The position numbers and the translations under genes were made by a program. From Methanotrichaceae archaeon (lineage in GTDB: Archaea > Halobacteriota > Methanosarcinia > Methanotrichales > Methanotrichaceae): a DNA stretch of 64,000 nt. How positions within the stretch are numbered: the stretch's first letter is position 1; each line of letters begins with the position of its first letter. Of the stretch, positions 13,069 to 23,395 are shown piece by piece. The stretch is taken from positions 1 to 64,000 of the forward strand of contig CAVVKN010000005.1 of NCBI GenBank assembly GCA_963748825.1, in the 5' to 3' direction. The notes beneath the pieces are model-generated. The model did not search any database. It had not been told where the DNA came from and worked only from the letters and a program-made list of their open reading frames with translations.

Positions 13069-13368
13069 ATGGAGGAGTTAGAATTGGCTGTTTATAAAAT
13101 AAAATGTGAAGTAATTAGCATTGCAGGAGATAAAGAAAAGTGCATAGGTGCGGCAAAAATGAAAAAAGGCGAGAATTTCGTTTTTGAAGCCAGAACGCCT
13201 GAAGGTATGTGTGTACGAGCATTCAATGCAATCTTTCCTTCAGCCTTTGCGATGCGATATAGCGACAAAATGCCTTGGGAAAAGGGCGAGGGCTATGTGG
13301 AAGTAACCTGCCCGGATGGTGATATAGTTATTAGGCTAAGTCGTATCAAAGAAACGTTACAGGTTTGA
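13069..13368 (+). CDS. TIGR04076-like protein
   Basis: C....K.GE.F......PEGMC..AF.AI.P ... VTCPDG pattern. Confidence 0.8.
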   Translation: MEELELAVYKIKCEVISIAGDKEKCIGAAKMKKGENFVFEARTPEGMCVRAFNAIFPSAFAMRYSDKMPWEKGEGYVEVTCPDGDIVIRLSRIKETLQV

Positions 13369-13469
13369 TGAAAAGACTTTTCTATACTATTTTTAAGTGA
13401 ATTGGGGCCAATCTCCTGTAGAAGATCCCGTTGATATTTGGTCAGCTAATCATGCGGATCAAGAGCTTG

Positions 13470-14117
13470 CAGAGGATATGGGCTTCAAGGTGCTACACGG
13501 TATTGTTGACTGCTTGTGGGCAATTGGTGTGCCAATATCGCATTATAAGGAGCCGGTAGAGAGAGACAGGCATCCTGACGGAGGTTGACTCCTATGACGG
13601 GATCACATTCCTTCCTATGGCTGATGGATCAGGGGCATACAACCGCTACTTCGGAAGACTGGACACGGGAAAGATGAAGATCCGGGGTGTTATGGCTCGC
13701 AAGGTTGACACACCAGAGTATGTACGCCGAATGCAACATGAGTTGTTCGAGGTTCTGGCACGGGCGAGAAGCAAAGAGGAGCTTCGTATTGTGGAGCTTA
13801 AGGCTCAAGAGGTTCGCGAGAGGTACATGATGGGGCTTAAGGACGCCGATGTAAGAGAGCTTGCCATTCCGCGCAGGTTGAACTATTCGCGAAGATGTGC
13901 GGAAGCATCGGCTGTTAAGGCTTATCGGAAACGTGGATTATCGCTGGTTCCGGGCATGGAGATCGGATATGTGGTGAAAGATGCCAAGAAGTGGATACTG
14001 AAAGAGATGCTTCCGAGTTTGATGCTGAGTATTATAGGAAGCTGTAGGGAGAAGACATGGGATGAGGTCGCATTCGTCCTGCTTCGCGATTTTCATAATA
14101 GATTACATCTGCAATGA
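13470..14117 (+). pseudogene. C-terminal relic of a family B DNA polymerase (PolB2-type)
   Basis: GFKVLHGIVDCLW, NRYFGRL and KIRGVMARKVDTP motifs spread over two frames; N-terminal domains absent. Confidence 0.75.
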
Positions 14118-14339
14118 GTATATTTACTCGTAAAAACATGCGGGCATCCCTTTCCCTGCACTCCCAATATCGTTTTTCTGGATAGCTTTCCGCTATGTGA
14201 TGATAGATATTTCGAAAATGCTCCTAGGAATAGATATCAATGCCCAAAATAGCCGTGGACTGGAGCAGGACAAGAGTTAAGACAGATGTAAAGCCCGGCT
14301 CGTTGAAATGATAAAGATAATATGGGAGGTTAGGTTTTA

Positions 14340-15500
14340 TCACTCTCTTCCCAGAGCAGATATACCTCTGAACCTCTCCACTGCTTCGGCTATGCACTGG
14401 GCCACATAGTCCACCTCATCTGTTGTGTTTGACCGACCCATGGTAATCCTCAAAGAGCCGTGGCATTTTTCCGGTCTCAGGCCCAAAGAGAGCAGCACGT
14501 GGCTGGGCTGCAGCTTGTGAGAGGAGCAGGCCGATCCCGTGGACACGGCTATGCCTTTCGAGTCAAGGAAGAGGAGCAGCGATTCGCCTTCTACATAGGA
14601 GAAGCCGAAATTCAGGCTTCCAGGAAGTCTTCGCGTCATGGTTCCGTTGATCCAGGCATCCTTGACTTTGTCCAGAACGAGCGCAGCCAGACGATCGCGA
14701 AGCTCCGTCAGCCTCTGCCCCTCCGAGGCCATGCTCTCGCTGCACAGCTCCGCTGCTTTAGCCAGGCCGACGATGCCTGCCACGTTCTCCGTTCCCGAGC
14801 GCAGGCCTCTTTCGTGTCCGCCGCCCTGCATTATGTTCTCCAGCCGCGTTCCCTTGCGAATATAGAGCGCTCCCACGCCCTTGGGCCCGTAGAGCTTGTG
14901 GGCGGAAAGAGAGAGAGAATCGACGCCCAGGGCGTTTACGTCTGTGGGAATCTTGCCCACACTCTGCACGGCATCGGTATGCAGGTAGATGTCCCTCTCT
15001 GCGGCCAGCTGGCCGATCTCCTCCAAAGGCTGGATGGTTCCAACTTCGTTGTTGGCATGCATCACGGAGATTAGGATGGTGTCGGGGCGAATGGCCGCCT
15101 CCAGGGCAGCGAGTTCGACCAGGCCCTCGCCTGTCACGGGCAGGTAGGTGACGGCAAAGCCTTCCTTCTCCAGTTTGCGGCAGGTTTCCAGGATGGCAGG
15201 ATGCTCGACGCTGGTAGTGATAATATGTTTGCCCTTGTCCTTATTGCGCCGAGCTATGCCCTTTAGGGCTAGATTATCGGACTCCGTGCCCCCTGAGGTG
15301 AAGATGATCTCCTCCGGGTTTGCTGCCAGGAGCTTTGCCACCTTCTCTCGGGATTCTTCCAGAGCCTCTTTTGCCTCCTGGCCAAAGCTGTGCAGGCTGG
15401 AGGCATTGCCGAACTTATCGGAAAGATAGGGCAGCATGGCCTGCAAGACCTCGGGCGCCACGGGAGTGGTGGCAGAGTGGTCCATGTAAATCCGCTTCAT
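14340..15500 (-). CDS. iscS: cysteine desulfurase NifS/IscS
   Basis: IYMDHSATTP, FTSGGTESDN, SAHKLYGPKG and STGSACSS motifs. Confidence 0.96.
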   Translation of the reverse strand: MKRIYMDHSATTPVAPEVLQAMLPYLSDKFGNASSLHSFGQEAKEALEESREKVAKLLAANPEEIIFTSGGTESDNLALKGIARRNKDKGKHIITTSVEHPAILETCRKLEKEGFAVTYLPVTGEGLVELAALEAAIRPDTILISVMHANNEVGTIQPLEEIGQLAAERDIYLHTDAVQSVGKIPTDVNALGVDSLSLSAHKLYGPKGVGALYIRKGTRLENIMQGGGHERGLRSGTENVAGIVGLAKAAELCSESMASEGQRLTELRDRLAALVLDKVKDAWINGTMTRRLPGSLNFGFSYVEGESLLLFLDSKGIAVSTGSACSSHKLQPSHVLLSLGLRPEKCHGSLRITMGRSNTTDEVDYVAQCIAEAVERFRGISALGRE

Positions 15501-15679
15501 CGATGAGAAATATGAGATGCTAGGGTAAATAGATGACGAACTTGGACTGGCCAATCCAGTATGAAAAAAGAGCTGAAAAAAAGGCTCCTCGCTGCAATCG
15601 AGTGGGTGATGGAGTGCTTGAGTTTTCTGTGAACTCTGTGGTAAATGATCGTAGCTTGATAACTATACGCTGGTGGTTC

Positions 15680-15857
15680 ACGGAATAAAACCACAGAGTC
15701 ACAGAGCGCACGGAGGACGAACGGACGGAGAACTACTATTTGCTTAGAAGCAGTATTCTCTCCGTTTCAAGTGTTGGTAATAAGGAAAATTGCGGGTCTC
15801 TGGTGATTTGCGGAATAAAACCACATAGGCAAAAAGCGCACAGAGGACGCACAGAGA
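15680..15857 (+). repeat. CACAGAG-heptamer dispersed repeat, two units
   Basis: CGGAATAAAACCACAGAGTCACAGAGCGCACGGAGGACGAAC...; near-identical copies at 30541 and 30674. Confidence 0.75.
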
Positions 15858-15878
15858 TTCAATTACATCTCGAAAGTC

Positions 15879-15919
15879 AATAGTGACCCAGGGTTAGCCA
15901 CGGAAAATAGCGAAGAGCC
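15879..15919 (-). mobile_element. solitary ISL3-family left end
   Basis: GGTTAGCCACGGAAAATAGCGAAGAGCC resembles the ISL3 end GGTTAGCCACCTGAAACAGCGAAGAGCC at 29970-29997. Confidence 0.65.
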
Positions 15920-16007
15920 AGAAAAAAGCGGACAATGGGCAATTGACCGCGAGTCTGAGCCACAGGATATGAGAAACTATAAGTATGCAGCAAAAGGACG
16001 GAGAAAT

Positions 16008-16256
16008 ATGAATCTGTCCATCCCATTATTTTCAACGCCCCTATTGATAGCTGCGGCCCTTATCGCCCTGGGCTTCATAACTTATCTTATCTCGGCCAGA
16101 CTTGGTGTGGTTCTTATGGGCGCCGGCAGCGTGATCATGGGCGCGGTGGTCATTTTCGATCTGCCCAACGGCATGGGACTGCAAAGCCTGGTGCTCTTCG
16201 GAATGACTGTGCTGGTGGGGGGATGGATGATGTATGTGGGAGTGAAGAATGGATAA
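16008..16256 (+). CDS. small membrane protein
   Basis: Three hydrophobic segments; likely start MNLSIPLF. Confidence 0.75.
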   Translation: MNLSIPLFSTPLLIAAALIALGFITYLISARLGVVLMGAGSVIMGAVVIFDLPNGMGLQSLVLFGMTVLVGGWMMYVGVKNG

Positions 16257-16392
16257 TGATATTGGTAATAATTAAATATAAAACCGATTATAGCTAACGT
16301 GGGGCCGGAGATGATTGGCTCCGGAAAACAGAAAAATCTTCTCCAATGGGAAATGCTTATATGCCACCTCTGCATCCTAGGGTGCGCCGTGC

Positions 16393-16465
16393 GGGGCCAT
16401 AGGGTAGCCTGGTATCCTACAGGACTGGGGGTCCTGTGACCGGCGTTCAAATCGCCGTGGCCCCA
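16393..16465 (+). tRNA. tRNA-Pro(GGG)
   Basis: GGGGCCA/TGGCCCC acceptor, anticodon arm CAGGA-CTGGGGG-TCCTG, T-loop GTTCAAAT. Confidence 0.96.
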
Positions 16466-16640
16466 TAAAATCTTTTTACTGATGCTGGTTTTGGACGTTT
16501 CCATTTCTTCATCTTTTTGGAGTGTGGAATATAAGATATGTACTTTTTGGGGTATCGGACACCAGTTGTGTACTTCCGAAAGTTGGACTTTGGTTGGACT
16601 TTGTCTTGACCAGAATGCGATATCTGGTGTCTGTATTGAG

Positions 16641-16885
16641 AATAGCTATTATTATGATGATTATTTTTATTTCATAATTTGATTTAAATTATATAATTAA
16701 ATTTAAATAGCTAAAAATACCCTTATTAATTGGAGCCCACAGAATGTATACGCCTGATTCCCCGGGGGCTCCATCCCTTTCTATTTCTCAAGCTAATAGA
16801 AGATATAGCGATTTAGATTTAGATTGCTGTTCCTGGTTCTACATTGACTATCTTTGTCCTACCCCTTTCGAATAACATTGTCTTG
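16641..16885. repeat. diverged ~245-bp duplicate of 23978-24225 (promoter, hairpin and 3' relic of a PEGA-like gene)
   Basis: Shared AATAGCTATTATTATGATGATTATTTTTATTTCATAAT...TTTAAATAG...TGGAGCC; the minus strand encodes KTMLFERGRTKIVNVEPGTAI. Confidence 0.85.
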
Positions 16886-17015
16886 TGACCGAGCAGCTAG
16901 GATCAAAAATCGGCATCTGTATTGGTTAAAAGAGCCCAATTTTTGGAAAAAACTTTTGTGCTTATAAAAAGTGTGAAGTAAATAAAAATTATATAATTAT
17001 CACTAGTAGTGTCTA

Positions 17016-17465
17016 TTACGGTTTCTTGAAAAGTACGTTCTTTGTTTTCAGGTCACCACCCTTTTTCGGCCACCATTTTGAATCCTTTCCAGCTGGTGTT
17101 TTGTGATGTGTCCCTAAGGTATGAGTTATCGTAGTGGCTGATACATCCTGGACCTTTTGAATAATCGAATCTTTGTTTGGGCATCCTTGAATACAATTGC
17201 CAATGAATATCTGAGTGGGCAAATCATTTACATCGGTTGAAGAAATCCATTTATATGCTTGATTAAGCCGGGCTGTTATTGTTGGTGTCCCTGGGCATCC
17301 ACCACATGAGACCAGCCCTACAAGTTGAGCATCTGCAGGCAAGCCCGCAAACTCTCCTTCTTTGTTGTTTAGTGCCTTGATGCAAGGATAGCATGCAACG
17401 CAGTCATCGATCATGCAATTATCGCACCCGACGATTAAAACCTTTTCCATAGTCTTCTCCTTCAA
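17016..17465 (-). CDS. CGGC-domain metal-binding protein
   Basis: Cys-rich N-terminus, VSCGGCPG and C...CP motifs. Confidence 0.85.
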   Translation of the reverse strand: MKEKTMEKVLIVGCDNCMIDDCVACYPCIKALNNKEGEFAGLPADAQLVGLVSCGGCPGTPTITARLNQAYKWISSTDVNDLPTQIFIGNCIQGCPNKDSIIQKVQDVSATTITHTLGTHHKTPAGKDSKWWPKKGGDLKTKNVLFKKP

Positions 17466-17525
17466 AATTTTCTATATACTAGTTCATTCCACATTAATAA
17501 AGATTATGGTTAATCTTCACTTTTG

Positions 17526-18586
17526 TGTAGTCCCGAAAGCTTTGACTTTAAATACCCATCAACGGGACATGGGAAAGAAGAATAAAGTTGTAAAGCTAAC
17601 AGATAGGAAGATCCGATATATCATTCGTGCCAAAATCAGAGGCGATAGCACCAATAGAATCGCGGAGGATATGAAATTAAGTCCATCCACTGTGAAATGT
17701 GTCTGGATGCACTGGACGAAAACCAAGATGCCTCTAATCATTAAAAAATTTGGAAGAAAGAAAAAGCCCTTGGATGAAGAGTCCACGAAGCTGATACTTG
17801 AAGTCCACAAAGAGCAAAATTTGGGCGCAAGGAGACTGGAAACGATCATTGATTTCCAGCACAGAAAGCATATCCCTCATAATGCCATTCATAAGGAACT
17901 GCTATTTCATGGCTTGGCCAATGTGAACCGCAACAAATCGAAGCGCAGAAAACCCTGGATTCGGTTCGAACGCAAGCACAGCCTGTCCATGGTGCATCTG
18001 GATTGGCATACAAGCATTCATGATGGAAAAAAGGTGTTCGTCTGCGTGGTCCTTGATGATAGTCCGCGGCGCATTCCCGCGGGCGGGGAGTTCGATGCCG
18101 AAACAACAGAAAACAGCTTATGGCTCCTCAGAGAAGCTATGGATAGATTTGGCTGCCTGGCAAGTATTAGGCAGGTGTTGACTGATAGAGGGACACAATT
18201 CTATGCCAACAAGCGAGACCAGAACGGCAATGCAGATAGCAGATTTGAAGACTTTCTTGAAAAGAATAAAATCAAACATATCAAAGCTCGCGTCAAGCAT
18301 CCTCAGACCAATGGAAAATTGGAAAAATGGAACGACACTTATGAACTTAACAGGTTTAGGTTCGAGAATTTTGACAATTTCGTGAATTGGTATAATACAG
18401 TCAGATTTCATGAATCACTTGATACAAAATGGTATCTACAGACGCCAGATATCGCATTCTGGTCAAGGCTGCCGGAAGGATGCAAATTGGGAATGTTCCT
18501 GAATAGGATGGAGACTGAATTAAATGGTTGATAAAAAATGTAATTTGCGGGCCGTAGTATATAAAGTCCAAACATTCGGGACTACA
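17526..18586 (+). mobile_element. IS481-family element
   Basis: Terminal IRs TGTAGTCCCGAA/TTCGGGACTACA; no target duplication visible. Confidence 0.85.
17569..18531 (+). CDS. IS481-family DDE transposase (integrase core)
   Basis: HLDWH, LTDRGTQF, HPQTNGKLEK and YNTVRFHESL motifs. Confidence 0.92.
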   Translation: MGKKNKVVKLTDRKIRYIIRAKIRGDSTNRIAEDMKLSPSTVKCVWMHWTKTKMPLIIKKFGRKKKPLDEESTKLILEVHKEQNLGARRLETIIDFQHRKHIPHNAIHKELLFHGLANVNRNKSKRRKPWIRFERKHSLSMVHLDWHTSIHDGKKVFVCVVLDDSPRRIPAGGEFDAETTENSLWLLREAMDRFGCLASIRQVLTDRGTQFYANKRDQNGNADSRFEDFLEKNKIKHIKARVKHPQTNGKLEKWNDTYELNRFRFENFDNFVNWYNTVRFHESLDTKWYLQTPDIAFWSRLPEGCKLGMFLNRMETELNG

Positions 18587-18862
18587 CAGATTGGGATTAT
18601 CTTCAATAACCTGAATAACCTTTAGGTCATCATAGTCAAGGGAGTGAAATATAACTGCGACCTCTTGCAAAGTTTTGTGTTCTTCTACCCATCCACAGTT
18701 ATCCCCAAATATTGGCGGTACTATAGCTCCCCATTGAATGGTTTTATCGGGATCACCTTCAACTCCTCCAATAGTCCATGTACCATCGTCATTCTGAAAG
18801 CCAACTCCTACATGTCCAAGACTCTCTACTACAGAAATCTTGCTCGCCGATAAACATGGCAA
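18587..18862 (-). pseudogene. hypothetical gene fragment truncated by IS481
   Basis: The frame (GHVGVGFQNDDGTWTIGGVEG...) runs into the IS481 right end; I found no continuation on the other side. Confidence 0.5.
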
Positions 18863-19069
18863 ATATTGGTTGGATTCCTCAGAAACTTCCCATTATTGGT
18901 TATTCAAGGATTCGAGCATTCAAGTAGAAAAGCAGGATGAGATCGCTGTATGCAAAACCTCAGAAGGCTCTTTATATGATAATGCAATCAGAATCATTAA
19001 GTGTCTATCGATCAAGGATAGAGCACGATATTAATAGTTGTAGGCTATTAATGGACGAGGGGATTAAAT

Positions 19070-20026
19070 ATGAATGGAAATATGAAGGTCTTCATATGTC
19101 TAGTGCTGATTTCTGCCATTTTCATATCGAGTCAAACCGCCTTGGCGAAGAATGTGGGTATTACAATTTCAACGACCTTATCCAGTAGTTACCCTGCAAC
19201 CAATCCTTTGCGCCAAGAGACTGTAGACCAGTTAGATGTGACCGAAAATAGCGGTAATGAGGGGAATATAGGCAATGCACTTAAACAACTTCAAGATGGC
19301 GATGTTCTAGTTCTTTCGGTACATTCCAATCCGGAAATATTTGCAGTAGGCGAAAGAAAACCAATTCCAAAATGGAGCCAATTTTGGGAAACATTTGGAA
19401 TCAATAAACCTCCTGAACTGAGAGCGGTCATTATTGGTGGATGCATGGCAAATAAGGTAGGGGAGACATATAACCCCGCCAGTAAGGAACAACTCGATGC
19501 CATTAGAGCAAGCCTAAATACAAACGCCCTCTTTGCGCCAATTAGTGGAATCAATCCGATTGTGGCTGCAATCGACACCACTACGCTTCTCAACTCGATA
19601 TTGAGCGGAAAGAAATTTGCGGATATAGATCTTGGAGGCAAATGGAATTACATATCCTCAGAGGAAGAGGACAGAGACAATCTAAAATGGGAGGCGAATT
19701 GCCCGGACATATCGGGCTACAAAGCAGGAGAACTTAAGGTTACCAATATCAGTGATAAAGATGCAACATCCATTCCAATCGGTCAAAAACGCAACGTCGG
19801 AGGAAATAACTTCTACGTAAGCCAGAAGGATTGTGAGGTCACGCTGAAGTTCAATGATAATGAAATCTCCGGCACGATGGTCAAGGGTGTTGCCAAATTG
19901 AAAAATAAAGTGAAGGGTACCGTTAGCAGGGCAATCCTGACCCATGATGTGGATAACCTTCAGGTCCTACTGGATCAAATAACTCCAAGTGGAGTGACAA
20001 TCACTAGCATCGGGACACTAAGTTAG
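19070..20026 (+). CDS. secreted protein with a possible caspase/CHAT-like His-Cys domain
   Basis: Signal peptide; VLVLSVHS...AVIIGGC pattern. Confidence 0.75.
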   Translation: MNGNMKVFICLVLISAIFISSQTALAKNVGITISTTLSSSYPATNPLRQETVDQLDVTENSGNEGNIGNALKQLQDGDVLVLSVHSNPEIFAVGERKPIPKWSQFWETFGINKPPELRAVIIGGCMANKVGETYNPASKEQLDAIRASLNTNALFAPISGINPIVAAIDTTTLLNSILSGKKFADIDLGGKWNYISSEEEDRDNLKWEANCPDISGYKAGELKVTNISDKDATSIPIGQKRNVGGNNFYVSQKDCEVTLKFNDNEISGTMVKGVAKLKNKVKGTVSRAILTHDVDNLQVLLDQITPSGVTITSIGTLS

Positions 20027-20197
20027 GAAGGATATTTACTTATCTTCCTGTCACACATATTTTTTAATGGAGATTCCAGGAATTATCAATCCACAAGAGA
20101 GGGATTTTGAGCGATATGGGTCTAATTGGTAATTTTTCCACAATATTTAATAGTGATGTTTGCCATTACTATTAAGTGAATCTCAGGAGGGCACGAA

Positions 20198-21430
20198 ATG
20201 AAACATGGGAGTGGGAAACCGTATTTACCGCTAACACTGCTAGTAGTGAGTTGCATGATATTAGTCTTAGTTCCTCCTATATCCGCAGATACGGTCGTAC
20301 CTGAAGCAAGTAATGCCACCAATTTATCATCCGAGAATCACACGGGCAGGGCGGAAGAAGTATTCGATTTTCCAGCGGATCATGTCTTGCACCAACCACA
20401 AGCAATAGTGAAGAATTTGGAACTCTTCACCGAGTGGCTATACTGGACAGGAGCATTGAAAGATGCAGAGACGGGGGACCTGTACGGAATCCAGTATACC
20501 CTCTTTCATCTGAACATCCAGCCGGGATTGATCGCGTTTATCAATCATGTTGCTATCAGCGATATCTACAATAGTCAGCACCCGTTCTATGGGTACACCA
20601 CTCTCCCGGACCACGCCAATATCACTAATGGCACTGATTCCACCAAAGGGACCTATTGGCAGTATAATGATAATCAAACGACCCTCACCTACTGGAAGGA
20701 CTTAGATGCTTGGAACATCGTGACCCAAGGAAACAGATCTAACGACAATGAACAAGGACAAACCATCTCCCTGAACTTGACCCTGGTTAAAGACAAGGCG
20801 GATTATTACCTACAAACACCAACTGGCATAAATGACCAGGGATTTTGTCTAGGTGTTGGTTCTGAAGATATGGCAGGAAAGTCGTATTACTACTCGAATC
20901 CTGCGATAAACACAACAGGAACTCTGACCATAGACGGACGCAAGATCCATGTTCGTGGAGATAGCTGGTTCGATCATCAGTGGGGTGGATTCGGCAAATG
21001 CTATCCCGCATGGGATTGGTTTAGCTTGCGGCTAAACGATGGTACCTTCGTCATGCTGTATAGCCTAAAAGATCCCTTCTTGAACGACATGCCGAGTCAG
21101 CGTGGATTGACATACATTGACGCTGATGGCAATGTAACATGGTGGCATGGGGAAAATTCCGCTAACCTGACAGCTACCAGATGGTGGACAAATCCATCCG
21201 GCACAAAGTACCCCCTGGATTGGATCTTAGACACACCTGTTGGAAAGTTCGCCCTTGAACCCTACTTTGATGAACAGAATATGGATGTTGAGGACAGTCC
21301 AATCAATTATTGGGAAGGCATAATGAGGGTTCGTGCCGGAGATCTTGGAGGCGAGCAAATTGGGACAGGCTACTTAGAAATGACTGGATACGCGCCCATT
21401 TCCAACCAGGGGAGCTTGTATGCCTTCTAA
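20198..21430 (+). CDS. secreted CrtC/AttH-like double lipocalin protein
   Basis: EWLYWTG, SYYYS, WFDHQWG, WDWFSLRL, YWEG and GYLEMTGY motifs; signal peptide. Confidence 0.88.
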   Translation: MKHGSGKPYLPLTLLVVSCMILVLVPPISADTVVPEASNATNLSSENHTGRAEEVFDFPADHVLHQPQAIVKNLELFTEWLYWTGALKDAETGDLYGIQYTLFHLNIQPGLIAFINHVAISDIYNSQHPFYGYTTLPDHANITNGTDSTKGTYWQYNDNQTTLTYWKDLDAWNIVTQGNRSNDNEQGQTISLNLTLVKDKADYYLQTPTGINDQGFCLGVGSEDMAGKSYYYSNPAINTTGTLTIDGRKIHVRGDSWFDHQWGGFGKCYPAWDWFSLRLNDGTFVMLYSLKDPFLNDMPSQRGLTYIDADGNVTWWHGENSANLTATRWWTNPSGTKYPLDWILDTPVGKFALEPYFDEQNMDVEDSPINYWEGIMRVRAGDLGGEQIGTGYLEMTGYAPISNQGSLYAF

Positions 21431-21527
21431 AGACGATTCCGCAAAAAGTCCACATTTTCCCTATATTAAACTATAATATAATAGGGGGATTTTATAATTT
21501 TTAGGAAATCGTCCAGAGTGGGTTCCA

Positions 21528-21788
21528 TTATCTCTCCTTCAGTGTTTTGCGCCCCAATTCTGTCAGGAAAACTTTCGAGATGGAATTTGGAAGTGTCAAA
21601 CTCGACGGATAATCGCTGATCATAATATCTACGTGCCCTGATTTCTTCAGAAGCATCAGGCGAATTCCAAGTTCGGTTGCATCAAGCTTCAGGATCTCAT
21701 TAACCTTGACAGGACTGATAAAAACCTTTGGCGAAACAGTGTTGATTGCTTCAATGATCTTCATATCCGTATCGTCCATAAATCTCAC
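21528..21788 (-). CDS. small winged-helix protein
   Basis: MDDTDMKII...LKKSGHV...VFLTELGR pattern. Confidence 0.7.
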   Translation of the reverse strand: MRFMDDTDMKIIEAINTVSPKVFISPVKVNEILKLDATELGIRLMLLKKSGHVDIMISDYPSSLTLPNSISKVFLTELGRKTLKER

Positions 21789-22015
21789 TCAATAATATAT
21801 AGCATCTAATATGATTTATAGTGTTGCCCTGTTATATATGCGAGAACTTCCTCCTAAATCGCATTGAGAAACTTCATGGATAGGTTACTTGGCAAGAATT
21901 GCATTAAATTCGAAACTATTGATCTAATGAAAAATACTTAATTAAGTACACGATATGTATAAGTAGACCTCGCACAGTTCCGAATCTATCTTACGGAACA
22001 ATTGAGGGGTACTTA

Positions 22016-22297
22016 ATGGATGCAGAATTCGTTCTGACTTTAGCGTCACAGTCATGGTTGAAATGGTTCAGTTGCCCGCATTGTGGCAGTGATTGTCCTA
22101 CATCTAAAAATGGTCGCTGTACTGAATGCGATGAGCAATTGGTACTTGTAAAAAATCAAGCGGTTGGGAGCGATAATCTTAATGGTTTTTCATGCAATTT
22201 TAATTCTCTAATTCCTCTGCAAACGGGATCGTCTTATTATTACTATAACCAGTGGAATCGATTAGTTAACCCGATAATAGAAATAGATAATTCGTGA
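22016..22297 (+). CDS. hypothetical zinc-ribbon protein
   Basis: CPHCGS...CTEC; RBS GAGGGG. Confidence 0.6.
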   Translation: MDAEFVLTLASQSWLKWFSCPHCGSDCPTSKNGRCTECDEQLVLVKNQAVGSDNLNGFSCNFNSLIPLQTGSSYYYYNQWNRLVNPIIEIDNS

Positions 22298-22336
22298 ATT
22301 AGATGAGGAAATCATCCGTATCCGGCTATTACATCC

Positions 22337-22588
22337 TCACAATTCAGAGAGTTGGGAATTGATCTGCTTGAAATCATCTAGCAGCCTTATGCCTCGATCT
22401 GTTGTTTCGTATTCTATGTTCTTTCCCGGCTTTACCTCTATGAGGCTGTTTTTAATTAGCAGATCGATATAGGGATTTACAGTTCTGAAGTTAAGATTTG
22501 CCTGGTACACAATTTTCGTCTTGCAGGCACCTTCTTTACATATATCTAATATCTGTGAAAGAATCACATGTTTGCTCCTCTTCATCAT
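22337..22588 (-). CDS. archaeal wHTH transcription regulator (HTH_45-like)
   Basis: RSKH.I...IL..C..G..KTKIVYQANLNF...Y..T.RG. Confidence 0.88.
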   Translation of the reverse strand: MMKRSKHVILSQILDICKEGACKTKIVYQANLNFRTVNPYIDLLIKNSLIEVKPGKNIEYETTDRGIRLLDDFKQINSQLSEL

Positions 22589-22981
22589 CTTCTTTCCCCT
22601 CCTTGATATTAAAGTACCTAGATAAGCTCGATAGATATCTTCATAATATCAGCAATATTGTTTAGGTTTAGCAACAATTAAATACTTAACTAATGTTTCC
22701 TCAGTAATCATGTTATTATTATCATAACTCAAATTTATTTTTAAAAATCTTTTAAAAGAAGACATATACTCTTTTTTTAAAACATTATTAACTACAAATG
22801 CTCAATGAGATCGAAAAATTGCAGCAATTTAATTAACATACGTAAATTAATTAGAAATGACTATTAATGCTATTAACTTTGATAAAATTAGGTAATATAT
22901 TATAATTTGAATTTGATGTTGATTGTCGCGACGAGACATCAGATTCAGGATGCTATACCGCAGAATCCTTAATTGTTTTCA

Positions 22982-23395
22982 TTATATAAGGTCGCATGTA
23001 GTGGTAATTTCTTCTAAGTTACTTGATATAAATAATGGGATCGGCATGTGATATTCGATTGCCTTTCTTAACGTTTCTATTCCAAGAGGTTTAGTTAGAA
23101 AATCATCTGCACCAGCCGCAATGCAAATCTCCCGATAATTGTCTAAGGACGTTACAACTATTATCCTTGGATCTTGATGCCATCTCAGACGGATGATTTT
23201 TGTCGCCTCTAATCCATCCATTTCAGGCATTTGGATATCCATGAACACGATATCATAGGAGTGACGTTCTAAGGCTTCAATCGCCTCGATACCATTTATT
23301 GCAGTATCTGCTCGGCGACCAAGCATCTTCAGCATGTGGGAGGCAACCTTCAGGTTAACGACATTATCGTCCACTAACAGGATGCTTAAAGACAT
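22982..23395 (-). CDS. response regulator receiver protein
   Basis: LLVDDN, FMDIQMPEMDG and FLTKP motifs. Confidence 0.92.
   Translation of the reverse strand: MSLSILLVDDNVVNLKVASHMLKMLGRRADTAINGIEAIEALERHSYDIVFMDIQMPEMDGLEATKIIRLRWHQDPRIIVVTSLDNYREICIAAGADDFLTKPLGIETLRKAIEYHMPIPLFISSNLEEITTTCDLI

Noticed and set aside
14460-15074. Long antisense ORFs over iscS, gatD, mscS, fdhA and cdc48
   Set aside because: They are antisense shadows of GC-rich genes with clear motifs on the other strand.
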